Shown here: positions 33,295 to 41,273 of the stretch, one piece after another
Numbering within the stretch: the first letter of the stretch is position 1
How the letters are laid out: every line of letters begins with the position of its first letter
Source of the DNA: Eubacteriales bacterium
GTDB taxonomy: Bacteria > Bacillota > Clostridia > Oscillospirales > CAG-272
Length of the DNA stretch: 64,000 bases
NCBI GenBank assembly: GCA_045536125.1
Contig: JAZSMX010000050.1
Span: forward strand, 1,953 to 65,952
Direction: 5' to 3'
The notes under the pieces: model-generated
Told to the model about the DNA's origin: nothing
The model's database searches: none
Seen by the model: the letters and a program-made list of their open reading frames with translations, nothing else
Made by a program: the position numbers and the translations under genes

Positions 33295-35559
33295 ATGAGA
33301 AGCACAAAACGAATTTTAGCGGTCGTGTTGGCGATCACGATGCTTCCGTTGATTGCTTTTTCTGCATCGGCAGAGCTTGCAACTTACGGAGAACAGGATT
33401 TTGAATCGATCGAAGTAGGAAAAACACTGGCGGTGGAGGACGGGTTGGGTGGCGTTCCCACAATTTCTTCCGTAATGGAAGAGACCGACGGAAATCGCTA
33501 TGCGCGCATTCCGTTTGTCGGTGAGGAAGAATTTTCCGATACTTCAAACTGGGATAAATCGCTGACTGCGAAGCATGAGGCGTTGAACAGCGGTGATAGC
33601 TTTACCTTCGAGGTAAGCTACCGTCCGCATTTTAACGGTGCCGAAGGGGCGACTCCGACGGTGGAAGCTCAGTTTCTTTCGTATAGCTTCCGAAATCCGA
33701 GCGGGAACGCGGAAAATGGCATCTATATGAATCTGTATACGATCGATCTTTCTACGGGAAGAATTACCGGATGCGGTGAGATTGTCGAAGGGGCGGAGAA
33801 TCTTGTCCTTGATGAATGGAACACCGTAAAAATGGTGTTTTATCCGGCTACCAGCGCTTTCAAGCTTTATGTGAACGGTGCGCTGTATTCCGTACAGACA
33901 GCGCAAAGTCACGTCACCAAATCCTTTGCTAACACTTATCATGGGGATTGCACCGATGTCAAGATCACCGCAAATCAGCTCATTCTTGCAAAATGCAACA
34001 AGAATCAAGGTGCGTACGTAGCTTCCTCGCAACAAGAGAATGCCACGTACATCGACGTGGATAATATCCGTGTGTATGAAACCGAAAAGATAAAATATAC
34101 GTTGAACGGCGAGGAAGTCTCTATAGGAGAAGGCAGTGTTCTTAACTTGGCAGCAGGGAACAAGAAGCTTCTTTGGGCGAACGTTGAACTGCCAAACGGA
34201 GACAAATACACAACGGAGAATCCGTTGATTCAGATTGAAGAGGGAATGAAGATCGATTCCGCTGCTATCGAATTCCACAGCTTGCGTACCGAAGCGCGTC
34301 TTTGTAAACCGACAGGGATTCGTTTCATTACCCAAATCAAGCTCGCGGAGCTGGAAGCGTTGCGCGCAAGGGAGAACGTAAAGGACGTAGAGCTTGGAAC
34401 GGCAATTGTTCCGACGCTTTTCATCAAAGGCATTGGAGAAGTTTCCTACGAGATCATGAAAAATGTGGAGCACGTGATGATCCCAATGCAGGACTGGTAC
34501 AGCCTTGATGAACGGTCGGGGGACGCACTTTTTGTGGGATCGATTGCGAATATAAAGGAAGAGAACTATAACCGTGAGTATTCCGGTGTTGGGTATATGA
34601 AAATTACTTTTGAAGACGGTACGGAATCGTTTGTATACGCTTCAAGCGAAGTCGATTATACGAATACCGTATCGCTGACTCAGGCAGCAAAAAAGCAGTT
34701 GCTAACAGGAAGAATCAAAGGAGAAGCAGAGGTCGTTATGAAGGAATTGAAGGAAAAGTACAGCAAAGAAAATTTGGAGCTTTATGCCGAGGATTTGAAG
34801 GGGCTGAACGTACTTGCTCTCGGAGATAGTCTGTTTTCGGGAACGATCGGATATCCGCAATCGTCACAATGGGTTAATAAGATCGGTAGAGATTGTGATT
34901 GGAATTTGACCAATTTGGGAATCGGAAGTATGACGGTATCCTTCACCGATCGAAACAATAAGAGCGATCACGGAAACAAGAATTCAATGTACGATTGGAT
35001 GTTCAACGGCAAAAACGATTTCCGTTGGGGCTCCGAATCAAAAAATACAAACCCCAATCCCTTTTTCACTGCGGGAAATCCCGACCGTGAAAAACCGGAA
35101 AACGTGGATCTGATCATTCTTGAAGGCGGATGCAACGACTACGGAACTGCGATCGCAGCACCCTTGGGAACGTTGGATTCCAAGGATCCCGCTACCTTCC
35201 TCGGTGCTTGGAATTGCATTACCGAAAGACTTCTTACTGACTATCCGAATGCAACCATCGTGTTTTTGACCACGTGGAGATTGGGACCGCAGAAGCGTGA
35301 CGGGGATACGCTGACTTCTATCGAATTTTCTGAAAGCGTGATTGATCTTTACAAAGAAAAGTATGCTGATAACGGACGCATTGCTTTGATCGATGCGGGA
35401 AATCCCATGATTTCCGGCGTAAATATGCAGGATGACGCGTGGAGAAGCGAATACTCCACCGATTCCTATCACCTCAAGGATAGTGGAATGACGGTCATTG
35501 CGAATAACATGCTTCCTCTGTTGTGGCAGATTATGAAGAATACGGGAAAGATTGATTGA
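33295..35559 (+). CDS. secreted LamG-like lectin module + shared middle domain + SGNH/GDSL hydrolase
   Basis: Signal peptide MRSTKRILAVVLAITMLPLIAFSASA. Module YGEQDFESIEVG...YIDVDNIRVYE. GDS motif LGDSLFSG (Ser codon 34828-34830), GGCNDYG block, and DSYH catalytic pair near the C-terminus. Confidence 0.7.
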   Translation: MRSTKRILAVVLAITMLPLIAFSASAELATYGEQDFESIEVGKTLAVEDGLGGVPTISSVMEETDGNRYARIPFVGEEEFSDTSNWDKSLTAKHEALNSGDSFTFEVSYRPHFNGAEGATPTVEAQFLSYSFRNPSGNAENGIYMNLYTIDLSTGRITGCGEIVEGAENLVLDEWNTVKMVFYPATSAFKLYVNGALYSVQTAQSHVTKSFANTYHGDCTDVKITANQLILAKCNKNQGAYVASSQQENATYIDVDNIRVYETEKIKYTLNGEEVSIGEGSVLNLAAGNKKLLWANVELPNGDKYTTENPLIQIEEGMKIDSAAIEFHSLRTEARLCKPTGIRFITQIKLAELEALRARENVKDVELGTAIVPTLFIKGIGEVSYEIMKNVEHVMIPMQDWYSLDERSGDALFVGSIANIKEENYNREYSGVGYMKITFEDGTESFVYASSEVDYTNTVSLTQAAKKQLLTGRIKGEAEVVMKELKEKYSKENLELYAEDLKGLNVLALGDSLFSGTIGYPQSSQWVNKIGRDCDWNLTNLGIGSMTVSFTDRNNKSDHGNKNSMYDWMFNGKNDFRWGSESKNTNPNPFFTAGNPDREKPENVDLIILEGGCNDYGTAIAAPLGTLDSKDPATFLGAWNCITERLLTDYPNATIVFLTTWRLGPQKRDGDTLTSIEFSESVIDLYKEKYADNGRIALIDAGNPMISGVNMQDDAWRSEYSTDSYHLKDSGMTVIANNMLPLLWQIMKNTGKID

Positions 35560-35584
35560 TCTGAGAAAGCGTATCAATAATAAA

Positions 35585-35636
35585 ACGGGGGTGAGTCCGA
35601 TGCAAACATGCGTTTGGTACTCATCCCCGTTGCTTT
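35585..35636 (+). terminator. terminator after the LamG-SGNH gene
   Basis: 12-bp stem ACGGGGGTGAGT/ACTCATCCCCGT (one G-U pair), then TGCTTTG. Confidence 0.55.
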
Positions 35637-35742
35637 GATATAAAAAATCTGTACTGCATTTTCACGTTTTGGATTGGTGCATTTTCCGGGATATTCAAGA
35701 ATATTTTGGGATGTTACCAAAGAAAATAAAGGAGAAGAAAAT

Positions 35743-36915
35743 ATGAATTGGTCTACGGGATGCGTAAGACTGGCTTGCGATGCATTGAAAATGCATGTGA
35801 AGGGAAAGCGGATCGCGCTGATGATGAATACCACCGCGTTGGATAACGAAGGGCGTTTTTTGATCGACCGTATCGTCGATGAAAAGTGGGCTGACGTTGC
35901 CTTCCTTCTCGGTATGGAGCACGGTGTGCGCGGCAACCTGTTTGCGGGAGAGGCAAATCTGGAAATGAAGGATGACCGTACGGGACTTCCCATTGTCAAT
36001 CTCTATGATTATCCAAAGCATCAGCCACCTGCGGACCGTCTTCACGAGGTGGATGCCGTCGTTTTTTGCGCGCAGGATGTGGGCGTTCGCCACTGGACCT
36101 ATACACCGTGGTTGATGCTTCTGATGGATTCTTGTGCGGTTGCCGGGTGTGAGGTCGTTGTTCTTGACCGTCCCAATCCCATTCGAGGCGACGTTGTAGA
36201 GGGCGCGCCCGCATGTTCTCCCTATGCGGGGACACATTTGCTTTCGGGTTTTGAATATCCCTTGCGTCACGGAATGACCATTGGGGAGCTTGCTTTGATG
36301 TATAACGAAGTCAAGCATGTCGGTGCTAAACTGACTGTGCTGACAATGGATGGTTGGACGCGCGGAATGTGGTTTTTTGAAACAGGACTTCCCTGGGTGC
36401 CCGCAAGTCCGAATATGCCAACGGTGGATACGGCACTTTATTTTGCTACAACAGGACTTTTACAAGGATCGAATCTTTCTCTCGGTATTGGAAGCACAAC
36501 GCCGTTTCAATACGTTGGTTTTACCGATTGTGACGGAGAGCAATTGGCGAATGTTCTCAATGCACTTAATTTGAAGGGAATCTATTTTTTGCAAAAGTAT
36601 TATATGACCGTGCCTTATGATAAGCTTTATCGCGGCGACCGAACGCCCGTTTTGACCGACGGTGTATTGTTGCTGATCGAAGATCGAAACGTTTTGCGTG
36701 CCGTAGATGCCCAACTTGCAATTATGGAAACGCTTCGGGATCTGTTTGGCGATCGGATCAATTTCGAATATCACGAGATATCGCACGATCGTATGGGGAC
36801 GGATGAAATCTGCAATGCTCTTAAAAAAAGGGAAAGTCTTTCTTCGCTTGCCGAAAAATGGAGGGAAGAGGCAGAGGATTTCAAGCGCGCACGCGCTCCG
36901 TATCTGTTGTATTGA
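35743..36915 (+). CDS. DUF1343 family protein (NamZ/YbbC-like exo-beta-N-acetylmuramidase), no signal peptide
   Basis: 390 aa, GKRIALMMNTTALDNEG...DAVVFCAQDVGVRHWTY...VVLDRPNP, typical DUF1343 blocks. Start trimmed to 35743 (AAAGGAG RBS). Confidence 0.8.
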   Translation: MNWSTGCVRLACDALKMHVKGKRIALMMNTTALDNEGRFLIDRIVDEKWADVAFLLGMEHGVRGNLFAGEANLEMKDDRTGLPIVNLYDYPKHQPPADRLHEVDAVVFCAQDVGVRHWTYTPWLMLLMDSCAVAGCEVVVLDRPNPIRGDVVEGAPACSPYAGTHLLSGFEYPLRHGMTIGELALMYNEVKHVGAKLTVLTMDGWTRGMWFFETGLPWVPASPNMPTVDTALYFATTGLLQGSNLSLGIGSTTPFQYVGFTDCDGEQLANVLNALNLKGIYFLQKYYMTVPYDKLYRGDRTPVLTDGVLLLIEDRNVLRAVDAQLAIMETLRDLFGDRINFEYHEISHDRMGTDEICNALKKRESLSSLAEKWREEAEDFKRARAPYLLY

Positions 36916-36959
36916 TTGTTCGACTCACTCTGTTTTTAGCACAAAAGAATGAAATCATG

Positions 36960-37020
36960 CAAAATCGCACTTTTGTAACGTTGCTTTTTCGCGCGACAGG
37001 TTTACAAAAGTGCGATTTTG
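36960..37020. terminator. long inverted repeat between convergent namZ-like gene and spoVT
   Basis: 19-bp perfect arms CAAAATCGCACTTTTGTAA (36960-36978)/TTACAAAAGTGCGATTTTG (37002-37020) with a 23-nt loop. Confidence 0.55.
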
Positions 37021-37034
37021 TTGATATGCGTGTG

Positions 37035-37592
37035 TTAACTTTCCAATTGACGGCCGAGAAATCCTGCAGCGGTCAGAATCAGCTTGGTTTCCACGGATTC
37101 GGTCGGTGCTTCACGTCTGTTTTCAAAGGGGAGCTCGGAGACGGCGGCAACACATCCCGCAATATCTCCCTCGCTGATGATGGGCATCGCGCATTTTACA
37201 TAGTGAGCACTTCCTTCGGCAAGTACGGCAATCGGCTCTTCACCTTCATGAGCAACGTACAGAGAACGTCCCTCAATGATTTCTTCCAATTCGCGCGAGA
37301 GACGCTTGTCGGTATATTCCTTTTTGGGAACCCCCGCACAGGCAATGATGGCATCTCTGTCACTGATGATGACGGAAAGGGAACAGGTTTTATGAAGCGT
37401 TTCCGCGTACTGGGCGGCAAAGGCTGCAAGCTCTCCGATGGGGGAATACTTTTTGAAAATGACCTCGCCTTCACGGTCTGTATAAATTTCAAGAGGATCG
37501 CCCTCGCGAATGCGCATGGTTCTTCTGATTTCCTTGGGGATAACCACACGGCCGAGGTCGTCGATTCTACGGACTATTCCGGTTGCTTTCAT
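37035..37592 (-). CDS. spoVT: stage V sporulation transcription factor SpoVT (AbrB-type N-domain + GAF-like)
   Basis: MKATGIVRRIDDLGRVVIPKEIRRTMRIREGDPLEI. Start trimmed to 37592 (AAAAGGAG RBS). Confidence 0.9.
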   Translation of the reverse strand: MKATGIVRRIDDLGRVVIPKEIRRTMRIREGDPLEIYTDREGEVIFKKYSPIGELAAFAAQYAETLHKTCSLSVIISDRDAIIACAGVPKKEYTDKRLSRELEEIIEGRSLYVAHEGEEPIAVLAEGSAHYVKCAMPIISEGDIAGCVAAVSELPFENRREAPTESVETKLILTAAGFLGRQLES

Positions 37593-37890
37593 TTGTATAA
37601 ATCTCCTTTTCGTAACGGCACGGTGCGTGGCATCGTGCGGCGTGAAAAAACTGTATGATGGGTATCGCAAGCGATACTTTCACGCCTGATCTCACTTGAT
37701 TTACAGTTTTGTACTGTTAGTATCTGCAAAGTAAGGAGAATTATTCGGTATGATTTTTTAAAGCGGAAAAAATACTCTTTTTTGGCGTAAGACAACCTTT
37801 GTTTTTTATATCAAGCACGCGGGGTGTCCCGCATTAGAGACACCCCTTGATCTTTTCTTTACATCTTGATAACGCTATTTTTGATTTCTT

Positions 37891-40749
37891 TTAACGTTTT
37901 TTCTTACGGATCACTACCCAAGAAACCGCGGCGCCTCCACCTCCAAGAAGCGTCGTGCCAAGTGCGATCAGGACGACCGTGGTCGTAGAATTTTCATTCC
38001 CGTTCTGCTCGTCACTGCCTTTTTGATCTTCCTTGGCGTCCGACTTGTCATCGGCGCTTTCCTCGGCATCGTTTGAGAGTGCAGAAAGCTTTGAACCAAC
38101 CTCTGTTACCGTGTGAGTCTCTTCGCAACGGAGGCATTGGGCGGTTTTTGTTCCATCCTGCTCGGTTGTAGCGTTGTTGTCCGAGTGATATTCTCCGAAA
38201 CTGTGAATTCCGTTACTTGCCGCAACAATCTTGAAGGATAGTGCGTATTCACTTTCCTCGCTTTCTTGCCACGTATAGTTCTGCGGATCTGTCAGCTTGA
38301 GAAGAACCTCATAGCTTCCGGCAGCCACTCCACCGTCGTTCTTTTCAACGGAATAGAGCTCGCTTTGCGCGACGTCAGCCTTTTGTTGGATACAAAGCTC
38401 GGTCTTGTCCGCGATCGTCGGCGGTGTCACGCTCTGCTTTGCGATCTGTACTGTAAAGCTTCCGCACGCGGTTTGATGATGTTCGGCACTTGCCCGATAC
38501 CACACGGTATAGCTACCCGCGTTTTTCAAAGGGGGAAGTGCACCGTATTCTCCATCCTCACTCAAGCTATAAACGAAGGTTACCGTTTGTCCACCCTGTG
38601 CCGATGCGACAGCGGTAAGTGTCACCGTCTGCTCCTTGCCGTTGTAGGTCAACGTATCCTTCTGAGATACCGATACTGCGGAGAGAGATGCGGGAGAGAT
38701 TGACGCACTTGCCGTCGTGGGGATCGTGATCCGATAATTCGAAAGATCTGTACGGGTTGCCAGATATTCCGCGTTGGATGCATCGATCGTCACCGGGATC
38801 GGTTGCTCGGATGCGAGCGCGCTTTCAAAGTGTCCCGTTACACCTGTGACCGTCACAAGCTCTCCTTCAATGCCCGTATCCACGCTCACGCTGACCGTTG
38901 CAGCGGTGCTTCCGTCGTAGAACTTGTCACTGAGCGCGACCGTTGCCGTGACTTCTTTGGGATGAATGACGTAGGTTCCGCTTGCCGAATATCCTTCTAC
39001 TGTCACACGTACGGTATAGCTTCCTGCGTTCTGAGGAAGACCGTCAACAAAGCTCGTTCCGTCATAAGAATATGCGTATTCCACGTCGAAGGGGAAATTT
39101 TCACATGCACCGTTCACAAATGACCACGTGTTCGTTGTTTTGTCTTTCACACTCACCGAGAAGGAAGGCGCACCTGTTTTTCCGTCATAGGTTTTGCTTC
39201 CCGTCACTGAACTTACCCCTGTCACGCGCAGAGTGCTTTTGCCACGGATCGTCAAGGGGATATAGTCGGACGTAGAGAGCGAAGAAAGAAATTTTCCTTC
39301 GTTCAGCGTCACTCTGACGTAATAACTTCCCGGTTCGATCGGTGCGGAGTTCAGGCGAGTCTTGTTACTATCGTAATAAGTGAAGCTCCAGATTTCAGCA
39401 TCCGCAGAGGAAGAAGTAAAGAAAACGTCGACTTGATTTTGTGTTGAAATCGAAACCCGCTTTCCTGTATAATCCTTCACAATCGGAGTCAAGGTGAAGT
39501 TGGGATTGATCAGAGCGATTACACTCTCTGCCGAGCGGTTATTTCCCGCCGCCAGACGAACCCTGATCGAGTTCTGACCCTTGACGTAGTCCAAATGATT
39601 TTTATTGTTTCCGGAGGTATACTCTTCTAAGGTGCGGAACTCGGAGGTACCCAATATGAGATCGGTTCCAAACACTTGCACACGCAAGGGCTTGCCATCA
39701 CCGACGGTAGAATGTAAATCGGATTTTTGATAATTGCTGTTTGAAGAAAGGTAAATCGCGTCGTAGATGGCTTCGACCACTTTTTGGGTGCTCCAGGAAT
39801 AGTCGTAGGCCATCGTTCCGCTGGGTTTGACCTCAATGACAACGGATTCGGTGGTCGCTGCAATCGTATGCGTTGCGTTTTTCGCACCTGCCGTTGAAGA
39901 AAAGCTGATTGATGCGCCCGAGAGCCCTTTGGGGGCACCGTCGACCGAAACGTTGGAAATCGCATACCCGTTCGACGCGTTCAGTGTTACCGTATAGGGA
40001 AGACCGCTGATAACCTGCACGGGGCTGGTCGTTTTTCCGTTGACTGCAATTGTAGCGCCTGTGGGTTGATTGAAGCTGACTGTCGCAAAGTCTACTGCTT
40101 CATAATTCACTGAAAAAAGAAAGCTTGCGTTGACGTTGCGGAAGGTGTAAACGTTTCCGCTCACGCTGCACGTAGCACCTGCATAGCTGACGGTTGCGCG
40201 GTGTCCGGGGACGTCGACCACCTCAAGGGAGAAGGTGTCAGTCGACTTGAATTCCACAGAGCTTACATCCTGCCCGCTGTGTTTGACACCGCCGTAGCCG
40301 GCGGGTGCGCCCGAAATCGAAACGGACGCAATATGACGGATGCGAAGATCGATGACCACCTCTCTCATAACCCATATACCTGTATTCAGATTGGGACATT
40401 CGAAGAGATAGACGTAGTAGTCACCGTCCGAATATTCATGCGTTTTTCCGTCTGTGCTCCAAAACCAACCGGAATTTGAGCTATAGGCATGTGGATGATC
40501 GGTAATATAGGTTTTGGATTGTTCATCGGGGGCATAGTTCGCATGGAGCTCGCTCACACGGTCGTAAAACTGTTGCCCGATGTCCTCATTGGGGTCCAAC
40601 ACCCAGGTGAAGGTTTGATTGCTGAATGAGGACAAATCGTAGTACGGCATTTCAGCTGCCGATGTCTCAAGGGGGAGTATACCGACTGTTAGCGTCAGCA
40701 CTATCGCAAGTGTAAATGTAAAACTCAAGAATTTCGCAATTTTTTTCAT
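37891..40749 (-). CDS. large surface protein with YDG/MBG-type Ig-like repeats and C-terminal TM anchor
   Basis: Signal peptide MKKIAKFLSFTFTLAIVLTLTVGILPLETSAA. Repeats with KTYDGKTGAP, DKFYDGSTAA, LTYNGKEQTV. Acidic stalk, then TTVVLIALGTTLLGGGGAAVSWVVIRKKKR. No LPXTG. Confidence 0.7.
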   Translation of the reverse strand: MKKIAKFLSFTFTLAIVLTLTVGILPLETSAAEMPYYDLSSFSNQTFTWVLDPNEDIGQQFYDRVSELHANYAPDEQSKTYITDHPHAYSSNSGWFWSTDGKTHEYSDGDYYVYLFECPNLNTGIWVMREVVIDLRIRHIASVSISGAPAGYGGVKHSGQDVSSVEFKSTDTFSLEVVDVPGHRATVSYAGATCSVSGNVYTFRNVNASFLFSVNYEAVDFATVSFNQPTGATIAVNGKTTSPVQVISGLPYTVTLNASNGYAISNVSVDGAPKGLSGASISFSSTAGAKNATHTIAATTESVVIEVKPSGTMAYDYSWSTQKVVEAIYDAIYLSSNSNYQKSDLHSTVGDGKPLRVQVFGTDLILGTSEFRTLEEYTSGNNKNHLDYVKGQNSIRVRLAAGNNRSAESVIALINPNFTLTPIVKDYTGKRVSISTQNQVDVFFTSSSADAEIWSFTYYDSNKTRLNSAPIEPGSYYVRVTLNEGKFLSSLSTSDYIPLTIRGKSTLRVTGVSSVTGSKTYDGKTGAPSFSVSVKDKTTNTWSFVNGACENFPFDVEYAYSYDGTSFVDGLPQNAGSYTVRVTVEGYSASGTYVIHPKEVTATVALSDKFYDGSTAATVSVSVDTGIEGELVTVTGVTGHFESALASEQPIPVTIDASNAEYLATRTDLSNYRITIPTTASASISPASLSAVSVSQKDTLTYNGKEQTVTLTAVASAQGGQTVTFVYSLSEDGEYGALPPLKNAGSYTVWYRASAEHHQTACGSFTVQIAKQSVTPPTIADKTELCIQQKADVAQSELYSVEKNDGGVAAGSYEVLLKLTDPQNYTWQESEESEYALSFKIVAASNGIHSFGEYHSDNNATTEQDGTKTAQCLRCEETHTVTEVGSKLSALSNDAEESADDKSDAKEDQKGSDEQNGNENSTTTVVLIALGTTLLGGGGAAVSWVVIRKKKR

Positions 40750-40770
40750 ATGGATTCCTCCCAAATAAAT

Positions 40771-41115
40771 TCAAGTCTCGCTTTGGTTGCACGCTCTTTG
40801 GCGTGCTTTGCAAACACAAATGCCCAAAAATTCGTCACCGTGACGGTAATGCTCGCAATCGTAGCAAAGGTCTCCCTTCTGCCGAGGCAGAAAGTGCTCG
40901 CAAGCATCCTGCATTTCGGTCACAAAGGGACAGCCGTCCTCGGTGTAAATTGGCTGCTCACAGAAATCGGGGTAGATGGGGATCGGATCAACCAACGGAT
41001 GCCGGCGGTCACATTCCTCGTAATATCCGTAATAAATCGGAAAGTGTTTGCCGAATGCTTTCAATTCCTTGTAAAACGTTCCCTCGGTGTTTGTCGACTT
41101 CTTACTCGTTTTCAC
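40771..41115 (-). CDS. cytoplasmic Cys/His-rich 114-aa protein of unknown function
   Basis: GTG start 9 nt after GAAAGGAGG. 9 Cys including CYDCEHY and GICVC. No signal peptide. The stop is 21 nt before the adhesin ATG. Confidence 0.55.
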   Translation of the reverse strand: MKTSKKSTNTEGTFYKELKAFGKHFPIYYGYYEECDRRHPLVDPIPIYPDFCEQPIYTEDGCPFVTEMQDACEHFLPRQKGDLCYDCEHYRHGDEFLGICVCKARQRACNQSET

Positions 41116-41144
41116 GGAACAGGTCCTCCTTTCTACACAAAAAT

Positions 41145-41183
41145 AGGATCTGCGATACTTCCATAAAAAGTATAGCAGATCCT
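41145..41183 (-). promoter_or_regulatory. 16-bp hairpin plus T-run in the leader of the Cys-rich/adhesin operon (terminator, attenuator or operator)
   Basis: Minus strand AGGATCTGCTATACTT-7 nt-AAGTATCGCAGATCCT (one mismatch), followed by ATTTTTGTGT and then the RBS. Confidence 0.4.
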
Positions 41184-41273
41184 TCATTTTTTGTTTATTA
41201 CCCGAATGCGTTTTTTTCGGTCTTTTTTTTGAGAGAGTAGCATATCCGAATTTGTGGAAAACGGATATATGTT

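Noticed and set aside
37891-40749. Considered a sortase (LPXTG) substrate
   Set aside because: No LPXTG-like pentapeptide precedes the C-terminal hydrophobic segment, and no sortase gene is in the window. It is reported instead as an unexplained TM+basic tail.
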